The notes under the pieces: generated by a model
Seen by the model: the letters and a program-made list of their open reading frames with translations, nothing else
What the model was told of the DNA's origin: nothing
Databases searched by the model: none
Made by a program: the position numbers and the translations under genes
Assembly: GCA_964016885.1 (NCBI GenBank)
Contig: OZ024754.1
Span: forward strand, 7,564,001 to 7,628,000
Origin: Eledone cirrhosa
Taxonomy: Eukaryota
Reading direction: 5' to 3'
Length of the DNA: 64,000 nt
Shown here: piece after piece, positions 54,755-64,000 of the stretch
How the letters are laid out: each line of letters opens with the position of its first letter
Numbering within the stretch: the stretch's first letter is position 1

Positions 54755-55161
54755 ACTTTGGGAGGGTCATGCTGCCAATAAAAACACACGCACCTGGTTT
54801 TCACTTCAATTTATTATAAATTTCCGATTGGCTGGTTGGTTGTTTGGTTGGTTGATTGATTCGATAACCGGATGGATGTTTATATATTTTCAAAGCTCTT
54901 TTGTCACACATTCTGGGACCACCTCAGTGACTAGGTTTTTATTTTGTGTCCCTACACAATCTTGGTGTAGGACAGAACAAAGGAGGAACACAAAATAAAA
55001 ACCTAGCGACTGAGGAGGTCACATAATGTGTGACGAAAGAGCTTTGGTAATATATAAACAACCATCCGGGTATCGAACCAACCAACCCTAAATTTATAAT
55101 AAATTGAAGTGTAAACCAGAGGTGCGTGAGTTTTATATTGGCAACATGACCCTACCAAAGT
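54755..55161. repeat. Fold-back element containing family G sequence and a hammerhead core
   Basis: Arms 54755-54949 and 54988-55161; loop hairpin cctacac/gtgtagg; CTGAGGA-G GTCACA taatg TGTGAC-GAAA at 55010-55038. Confidence 0.92.
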
Positions 55162-55204
55162 ATAACTGTAATATATATATATATATATATATATTTGTTA
55201 CAAT

Positions 55205-55262
55205 AACAGATTAAAGTTTAAGCAAAGAATCGCTGCTTTCACCCTTAACGGGATCTTCTGAA
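55205..55262 (-). repeat. Single-arm copy of the 'cagattaaag' family
   Basis: Minus strand CAGAAGA-TCCCGTTAAGGGT-GAAAGCAGCGATTCTTTGCTTAAACTTTAATCTGT. Confidence 0.8.
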
Positions 55263-55285
55263 ACTAAAAAAATCATATATATATA

Positions 55286-56336
55286 CTAGCAGCAGTACCC
55301 AGCGTTGCCTGGGTAGGTAAAATATCTGCTTTGATGAAAAGGTGTTGATCTTTGCGACTGCTTCTCGATGACTCATCTCTGGCCATACACAGGCCATGCG
55401 GAGGAGGGTGGTGATGACTTCTATCACTGAGAAACGCGGGTGACTGACGAAAGGGCATGCTGGGGGAGGGAAGTAATGACCTCTAACACTAAGTCAAATT
55501 TCCTCACGCTACTTGATTGTAAACCGATGAATTCTTAAATACATAACTAAAAGCTCAGACGCCATCAGTGGCCATCGTGTTGCCTTTGACCATCTATAAG
55601 ATGTGCAATGATAGGTTCTATCGTAGTATAAAAGTTGAACCAAATAAATTGATTTATGTGTGAGGTGGAGCCGAAGTTTCGAATTTGAACGAAATCGGTT
55701 GAAAAATGTGGGAGCTAGAGCCGAAAAGTCGGAAATTTGAGCGAAGAGGAGGTATTTTCGAATATTTTAGCGGCTGCCACGCCGTTCCTGAACAAATAAT
55801 CCAAAATGTAAAGCCACGCCGTTCCTGAACAAATAATCCAGAATGTAAAGCCACTTTAAGACGTGAAATAATCAGATCTAGCGTAGTGTAAAATCTGAAC
55901 AAAGTAGGTTGATTAATGTGGGAGCTAGAGCCGAAAAAGTGGAAATTACAGTCTCAAAGCGGTATTTTTTAATATTTAAGCGGCTGCCACGCCGTCCCTG
56001 AACAACAAATGCAAGATATAAACCCATTACAGGATGTGCAATGATAAATTCTATTTTGCTTTAAAATTTGAATGAAATCGGTTGCAAAATGTGGGAGCTA
56101 GAGCCAAAACATCTTATTTTTCGATACCTAAAAAAAAGGTGCCCCCCCCCCCCTTATCGATTTTTATCTGCAGAATCACCCCGGTATAAAACAAAACGAT
56201 ACGCTGATATATAGAAAACACTCCCCGATGACTAATCTATGAGCCTGTAAAGTTTCATGAAAATCAGTCGTAAGATGTAGGCCCCTATAGGTAATACACA
56301 GACACACACACATACATACTTAATTTTATATGTATA
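55286..56336 (-). mobile_element. Non-autonomous Helitron-like element
   Basis: Minus-strand 3' end has hairpin CCCAG..CTGGG 8 nt before CTAG|T; other end aagtttcatgaaaatc...acagacacac...ttttata; internal repeats gtgggagctagagcc x3. Confidence 0.75.
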
Positions 56337-56820
56337 CATATTCATGTGCATATTTATGTATAACTGTTTGGATTCATTCATTCAGGGTCGATAAAAAAAA
56401 TACCAGTTTAGTACTGGGGTCGATTCCTCCTGTATATCTCTTTCTCCTCTCTGACTTTCTATCTTTGTCTGGAAGAAATCTGCTGTACTCAGGCGTGGAG
56501 AGAGATAGGCTAAAATGCCAAAGAAACGCCGAATGTCAATACCCCGCCCTTACCTCTCTAGCAGCGGTTACGGGGTGGGGCAATAATACAAAGGTTTAGT
56601 ATGGTAGAATAGGTGGAGCATTCAAGAAATAACTTGTGGTATCAGGTTATGTCCTCACTTTTATGTACTGTGTTTTGATAATGCCCAAATACTTATCTTA
56701 CTTTCACCTCACTGAAGTTGATTTAATAAGTATTGTGTTCAATATCATCGATTGTATCTTACAAAACGGTGGTCGAGCGTGGTTACAATCTAATGATTGA
56801 AGTTTTGAGAAAGACTATAT

Positions 56821-56921
56821 AGAAGACGTCCCCAAAAGGTGTATACACACTTTGATTAACTGTGCAGGCAATATTTATTAGAATGCTGTTGAAGTGTGTA
56901 TACATTTTTGAGGACACCCTG
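56821..56921. mobile_element. Tc1/mariner-type MITE, left end decayed
   Basis: gtccccaaaaggtgtatacacactt pairs with aagtgtgtatacatttttgaggacaccctg-TA. Confidence 0.75.
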
Positions 56922-57392
56922 TATATATGAGTACGTGTGTGTGTGTTTACTTTGTGATATTTGTAAGTAATTCCGGTGTTGTATTAAAAATCGATAAAAG
57001 CATTAGCAGACATACATTTCTATTAACGACAAATCGATTGGCTTCATTGTTGAATGTGATGGCTCAAAATAGCCGGAGTCCAGTGATTAAAATGAAGAAA
57101 ATTATTTTCTTGAAAAATGTTTCTAAATCTGTGCACTACACAGTTGATGAAATTTCGCTTTCTAATGATAATGAAGATAATTATAGGGCGTTAAGTTAAC
57201 AAAATCTTTAGAATAGAATATCGGATACAATGCTTTGCAATATTCTTTTCGGCTCTCTGCACACTGCCATCACATTCCAACAAATTCAACTTTGACTTTC
57301 ATTCGTTCAAGATTGATACAAAATTTAAGAGTCTAATATTGAGGTCGAAACTTCCTTAATCTCTCTCAATAGCTCTGTCTCTCCTCCTCAAA

Positions 57393-57640
57393 TTATCTCC
57401 CCCTTATATCCTCCTTATCTCCTCCTTATCTACCCCTTATCTCCCCCTTATCTCCTCCTCATCTCCCCCTTATCTCCCCCTTATCTCCTACTTATCTCCC
57501 CCTTATCTCCTACTTATCTCCCCCTTATCTCCTACTTATCTCCTACTTATCTCCTACTTATCTCCTACTTATCTCCTACTTATCTCCTACTTATCTCCCC
57601 CTTATCTCCTACTTATCTCCTTCTCCTTATCTCCTCCTCT
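57393..57640. repeat. 11-bp minisatellite cttatctcc(ta/cc)
   Basis: Directly visible. Confidence 0.93.
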
Positions 57641-57719
57641 CACTTTCTCCCCTCCCATTTACCGGGAGTTTCGGATACACACATGTGCGTGTATGTATAT
57701 ATATACATACATACATATG

Positions 57720-58140
57720 GAATTTGATGGCAGTAATTATTGTGGCACTGGGATATGTTAGTAACTGCCTCAATACAAATCTTGAGAAGCTTGGCTTCAC
57801 AGGAACAGGAAGAACACAACTATTTAGGAAATTAGAAGTACAATCCATTAATAGAACAGTAAAAATATGTAAAACATTCCAAACGTCTTGTATCTAATAA
57901 CTGCATATACACATGTATAGATACAAAGCATATACGCATGCACACATACAACTCAAAACATACACATCCATACATACAATAGCATCCATATCTACACTTG
58001 CATGCATGCAGACATGCATACATATCTACCTAGTTGATGTTGTGTAAATTCCAATGAGAGTCTTGTGTCTGTTAGAAACCGACTCTCTCTCTATTGGTAA
58101 AAACTTGTGAAATTATAAAACCAGAAGAACATAAATACAC
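57720..58140 (+). mobile_element. 3' end of an R4/Dong-like LINE
   Basis: VIIVALGYVSNCLNTNLEKLGF...LEVQSINRTVKICKTF resembles the PIIIGALG motif of REL-type LINEs; homologous to 42268-42640. Confidence 0.72.
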
Positions 58141-58240
58141 CGACGTGGCTCAGGTAGCAGTTCCGCTTACTAACCGTAGGGCTGTGACGTTACATGGTTC
58201 AAATCTTACATTCTTCTCTATAATTCCAGAGGAGTTACCT

Positions 58241-58296
<56 letters not shown>

Positions 58297-58353
58297 ACTG
58301 GAAGGTAATATCCGTAGTGGTAGAGCACTCAGTCCATGGGATGAGTTAGGTAG

Positions 58354-58495
58354 AAGTGGTTATACAACGGTTAGTTCACCTTACCGAGAACAATTCTTTC
58401 ACGTTAGCGGATCCTCAGCTCGAAATCTAGCTGAGGATCCGCTAAGGTGAAACAATTGTGCTCGGTATGGTGAATTAACTGTTGTGTAACCACTT
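58354..58495. repeat. Fold-back with opposed hammerhead cores
   Basis: 67-bp arms 58354-58420 and 58429-58495 with 7 mismatches; CTGAGGA...GAAA on both strands. Confidence 0.93.
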
Positions 58496-58512
58496 ATATA
58501 TATATATATATA

Positions 58513-59133
58513 AATGAAAATAGACCGAGACACGACTGTCCATCATCAGTAGTCTGCTGCTTATCATTGGTATTTCTTCGCATTAAAGACTAGATACCTA
58601 AAATCAGTGCGAGCGATAACTAAATTAAGTTATCGGGACAGGGCGAAAAGAAAAAAAAGTAAACAAACATGGTAGTAATGCAACGCAAAGAGAGGAAAAA
58701 AAGATGGTCAAGTCAATGAATCTGTGTGCTCAAGTTCGAACACATCAAATGACGAGAAGAGGCAGACACGTCCGAGCCACGCGAAAAGTGAGGGAGAAAG
58801 AATTTCACACAGGTCAGGCGGGAGGAAGTGAGAGAGGGGGGGGGTAGCAGAGAGTGAGTGAGTGAAAGTGTGATGAAGAGGCCAGGCGAGAGAGTGGGTG
58901 ACTGTTCGCACTTAAGCCCACAAGATTCATTGACTTGACCATCTTTCCCTCTCTTTGCGTTGCATTACTACCATGTTGTTTGTTTACTTTTTTTTCTTTT
59001 CGCCCTTTCACGATAACTTAATTTAGTTATCCCTCGCACTGATTTTAGGTATCTAGTCTTTAATGCGAAGAAATACCAATGATAATCAGCAGACTACTGA
59101 TGATGGACAGTCGTGTCTCGGTCTATTTTCATT
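58513..59133. repeat. Fold-back with ~230-bp arms and a 160-bp purine-rich spacer
   Basis: Arms 58513-58742 and 58903-59133. Confidence 0.95.
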
Positions 59134-59197
59134 CATATGTTCACATTCGCAACAACGCAGCACGCCATTTTTCATTTATATATATATATATATATAC

Positions 59198-59331
59198 GAA
59201 CGAGTAGGACCCCGACGGCTGAGCTCAGCCGTCGGGGTCCTACTCGTTCCTATTACCCACTCTACTACCCTAAGTATTGAGTACTTTGGTGCGTTATGGT
59301 CCACCGGGTTCCTTACCACATTTCCTTCGTT

Positions 59332-59332
<1 letters not shown>
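59198..59332 (+). mobile_element. 'GAGCTC' family copy with a perfect 52-bp palindromic head, in (TA)n
   Basis: gaacgagtaggaccccgacggct-GAGCTC-agccgtcggggtcctactcgttc at 59198-59249, followed by the family tail. Confidence 0.9.
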
Positions 59333-59367
<35 letters not shown>

Positions 59368-59699
59368 ATGCAATCTAAATAATTACTTGGGGAAAAGAAA
59401 TTTATCAACAAATCATGTTTGTTTTTTTGTCTCACTTTATTGATTTGTCATAATTATTTTCTGTCACTGATCAATAATTAATATTTAGATATTAATAACT
59501 TATACAGAATTGAAGATTTAATTATCCCTTAGGGCATCTCTCTGAAATAATTTACTACAGACAATATAATTCATAGATTTGATAACATTGTTCAGTTCTT
59601 TGTTTGAGACCTTAGAGGCAACCTTTACAGAATTATAGCTGCATGTACTCACGGCGAGATACGACACGCGGATGGTGTGTGGATATATGTGAGTGTGGT

Positions 59700-59705
59700 G
59701 TGTGC

Positions 59706-59739
<34 letters not shown>

Positions 59740-60210
59740 GTGTATGTGTGTGTGTATACATATTTATGTGTGTGTATATACATATGTATGTATATGTGTG
59801 TGTGTATACATATGTATGTGTGTGTGTGTGTGTACATATATATGTATGTATATGTGTGTGTGTGTATACATATGTATTTATGTGTGTGTGTGTGTATACA
59901 TATGTATATGTGTGTATACATATGTATATATGTGTGTGTGTGTGTGTGTATACATATGTATATATGTGTGTACATATGTATATGTGTGTGTGTGTGTATA
60001 CATATGTATATATGTGTGTACATATGTATATGTGTGTGTGTGTGTATACATATGTATGTGTGTGTGTGTGTGTGTATACATATGTATGTCTGTGTGTATA
60101 CATATATGTGTGTGTGTATACATATGTATGTCTGTGTGTATACATATGTATGTGTGTGTGTATACATATGTGTGTGTGTGTGTGTATACATATGTGTGTG
60201 TGTGTGTACG
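59700..60210. repeat. Compound (TG)n-tatacatatg microsatellite
   Basis: Directly visible. Confidence 0.95.
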
Positions 60211-60672
60211 TCTGCCTATGCTTGTATGTATTTCAAGCGTTAAACTAATATACTCCTTGCGTGTACTGTGCCGTTCATTTTGTTATTTCTGTTTACCTTT
60301 TACACACACACACGTGTGCGTATGTATCTATGTTTATATATATATGATATCCGCGTGTAGTATCACTCACCGCGGAACTGGTTCCTTTGGGATAAATCAA
60401 GATCCGTATTAATCTAACATTTGTCATGCCTATCAATTAAGTTATACAAATAGTTGAAGACAAAGAGATGGGGACAAAGAGATGGGCCGACATAATCGAG
60501 CTTGCGCTCAGTCGTATTAAACTCAACAAAAGCCAATATAATTTAAAATATAAAATTTAGGTGAGGAAGGAAACCAGAGACTAGGTTAAAATACATTGAA
60601 GTAGAGTATTTCCGATCAGAAAGTTAATATCGATTGAATTAATAGTCATTCATGAAGTAAACTATTAATTAC

Positions 60673-62017
60673 TAAGATTGCCAATATAATGAACCTAGTT
60701 TATTGATCAGTTCATAAGATTACCAATATATTGAACCTAGTTTATTGATTAGTTCATAAGATTACCAATATATTGAACCTAGTTTATTGATCAGTTCATA
60801 AGATTACCAATATATTGAACCTAGTTTATTGATTAGTTCATAAGATTACCAATATATTGAACCTAGTTTATTGATCAGTTCATAAGATTACCAATATATT
60901 GAACCTAGTTTATTGATCAGTTCATAAGATTACCAATATATTGAACCTAGTTTATTGATCAGTTCATAAGATTACCAATATATTGAACCTAGTTTATTGA
61001 TCAGTTCATAAGATTACCAATATATTGAACCTAGTTTATTGATCAGTTCATAAGATTACCAATATATTGAACCTAGTTTATTGATCAGTTCATAAGATTA
61101 CCAATATATTGAACCTAGTTTATTGATCAGTTCATAAGATTACCAATATATTGAACCTAGTTTATTGATCAGTTCATAAGATTACCAATATATTGAACCT
61201 AGTTTATTGATCAGTTCATAAGATTACCAATATATTGAACCTAGTTTATTGATTAGTTCATAAGATTACCAATATATTGAACCTAGTTTATTGATTAGTT
61301 CATAAGATTACCAATATATTGAACCTAGTTTATTGATTAGTTCATAAGATTACCAATATATTGAACCTAGTTTATTGATTAGTTCATAAGATTACCAATA
61401 TATTGAACCTAGTTTATTGATCAGTTCATAAGATTACCAATATATTGAACCTAGTTTATTGATTAGTTCATAAGATTACCAATATATTGAACCTAGTTTA
61501 TTGATTAGTTCATAAGATTACCAATATATTGAACCTAGTTTATTGATTAGTTCATAAGATTACCAATATATTGAACCTAGTTTATTGATTAGTTCATAAG
61601 ATTACCAATATATTGAACCTAGTTTATTGATCAGTTCATAAGATTACCAATATATTGAACCTAGTTTATTGATTAGTTCATAAGATTACCAATATATTGA
61701 ACCTAATTTATTGATTAGTTCATAAGATTACCAATATATTGAACCTAGTTTATTGATTAGTTCATAAGATTACCAATATATTGAACCTAGTTTATTGATC
61801 AGTTCATAAGATTACCAATATATTGAACCTAGTTTATTGATCAGTTCATAAGATTACCAATATATTGAACCTAGTTTATTGATCAGTTCATAAGATTACC
61901 AATATATTGAACTTAGTTTATTGATCAGTTCATAAGATTACCAATATATTGAACCTAGTTTATTGATTAGTTCATAAGATTACCAATATATTGAACCTAG
62001 TTTATTGATCAGTTCAT
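60673..62017. repeat. 42-bp minisatellite x~32 (taagattaccaatatattgaacctagtttattgatYagttca)
   Basis: Period confirmed: units start at 60841, 60883 and 61051. Confidence 0.98.
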
Positions 62018-62349
62018 ATAACAATTCTCTTGGCATTATTTGATGACATATTTCTGAAGATTTTTGTGACTGTATGGACACCCCACAGCCAAATGGTTAA
62101 GGGTTCGGATCAATCACATGGCATCTTGTACTGATCAATGTCTTGTGAATGAAATTGGATAGAAGGAAATGTTTTTTTGAAAGTCCGTTGATTGGATAGA
62201 TTACACCAGTAATTCATGGGCCACCTTGTCACACATTGATTCCCATTAGATTTGTGTTGGGAGTTAAGTTGAGGTTATGCGTGTCTGTAGAAAACATAGT
62301 TTACAAATTAATGTCATAGATAGGCTGTTCCTTTAAACGAACGTCTGGA

Positions 62350-62732
62350 ACACTGGTACTATATTTTATCGACTCCGTAAGGATGAAATCAAAACTAACC
62401 TCGACGGGATTTGGTCTCAGAACGTAAAGGGTCGTAACTCTGTGCCGTCAAGCAGAGTGTCCGATGCTCTACTGACACTGCCGAACCATATAATGAAATC
62501 TAGAACCAACTTTACTTCTATTAACTGGTTTATTTCTAGTAATAATTGTTTCTATATTTGGTACAAGGCCAGCAAATATTCCAGTACATTACTGGTACTT
62601 TATTTTATCGATCACGTGAGGATGAAAGGGAAAGTTAACCTCGGCGGGATTTGAACTCATTTCTTAAAGGGGTGTAACTCTGCTGGAAAGCATGGCGTCG
62701 AACCCTCTACCGATACTGCCAATCCCCCACCT
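62350..62732 (-). mobile_element. Two SINE family 1 copies
   Basis: Copies at 62350-62485 and 62540-62731; the second has TSD tttctagtaata (62533 and 62732). Confidence 0.88.
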
Positions 62733-64000
62733 TTCTAGTAATATTGAATAGTGAGATGATTTAACTATTGTCTCATGTGTAATTCTTCCTAAAAGAATAT
62801 ACTTTCTTTCGATATTATGTTACTAAGCATACTGTCAACATTTATAATAGGATGTTGACCTGATATATGGCATCTTGAAACACCAATTTCATTAGACAAA
62901 AGTCAGCACGGAGAACAGGTTTCAGCAATATTTACTTCCGACATTTACAATATATTGAAATATTGAAGAAGCTTTAAAGTCGTACATATCTTTGTAACAA
63001 ACTTTAAATGGCTTAATATAATGGTCTCAATAGAAGCATGTAACTGTTGAAGCGAAGCTACTTTGTAAGAATATAAAATCTATCTTCCTTTCTAATAAAC
63101 AGGTTATAGATTATATATTCCAGATATTTGATGTGTAAACCCTTAACTTGATATAACTGTTTGATATAAAGTGCCAATATGATGTTCTTAAAGAAAAGGT
63201 ATGTGATATAGTTCATTGCTAGTGTTATACAATTCATCCCCTAGATATATCGATGTCCAATCTATTTAAGACATACTCACACTATAGTAAATTGCTTGCC
63301 AAATATATTTGTATAGCCTTCATTTTTTCTATATATTTGATTGCCAAATATAACCAAAACACCATAGCACTAATATCAATATATAATAAACGCTGATCTA
63401 TTTGTCATATACAATATCTTCAAACTAGAAGAGAAAGATAATGTTTTTCTCTGTAGAAATGCAAAGAAATATATTCACTTCTTTTTTCATGCAGCAGAGC
63501 AAAACTAAGAAAATAAGTAATTTCTTCAAATTTGAAATCTGAGATGAATTATGAAATAATTTCTTTAGTATATATATAACGCAATAGATTTAAAAGTTGA
63601 AGATATTTGATATCTCATTTAATATGTGGCGTAGATTCCTCAACGAAATTTATAGTTTTGATACTTTCAACTTAATAAGCGACATCATTTTATCATTTTA
63701 TTCATGAAGTATCTATTGTTTTATTGGTGGACAAAGACTGGGTATGAGGTATAAAATAAACAAGGAAAAATAGCCTGAACATCAGAAGTAAATAAATCAA
63801 TTCTAGTTGGACAGAGAAAATTAATGACTAAACAGTAAATTTAATAAAGACAATAGTTTCATTGATATTAAATATATGAATAGATGATTGCTTTGTTTAA
63901 TATATGAAACTTTTTATATTAAATTTACAAATTCATGTCATATTTGATATTTGAAAATATTTCTCCCAAGAAAAGGCAACTAAAGGTTTTCTGTACTCTT

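Noticed and set aside
60673-62017. CRISPR array (also considered for 15160-16051)
   Set aside because: Contiguous units with no unique spacers, no cas genes, eukaryotic context.

Overview
AT-rich, gene-poor animal DNA. It is probably intronic or intergenic sequence of an octopus or other coleoid cephalopod, inferred from repeat content and not verified. I found no intact host coding gene, and the long ORFs are microsatellite artefacts. The window holds more than 20 copies of one tRNA-derived SINE, a second SINE family, a decayed Penelope-like element (RT plus GIY-YIG), RTE-, Tx1-, R4/Dong- and Jockey-like LINE remnants, hAT and Tc1/pogo-type MITEs, a Helitron-like element and several mini/microsatellites. 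The unexplained signal is about 12 fold-back (hairpin) elements, many beside (TA)n tracts. Several carry type I hammerhead ribozyme cores facing each other on opposite strands, and their arm mismatches are isolated, often evenly spaced and transversion-rich. Stand-alone minimal hammerheads also occur (8271-8328, 18466-18545, 18717-18784, 5197-5231). All alignments and counts were made by eye.
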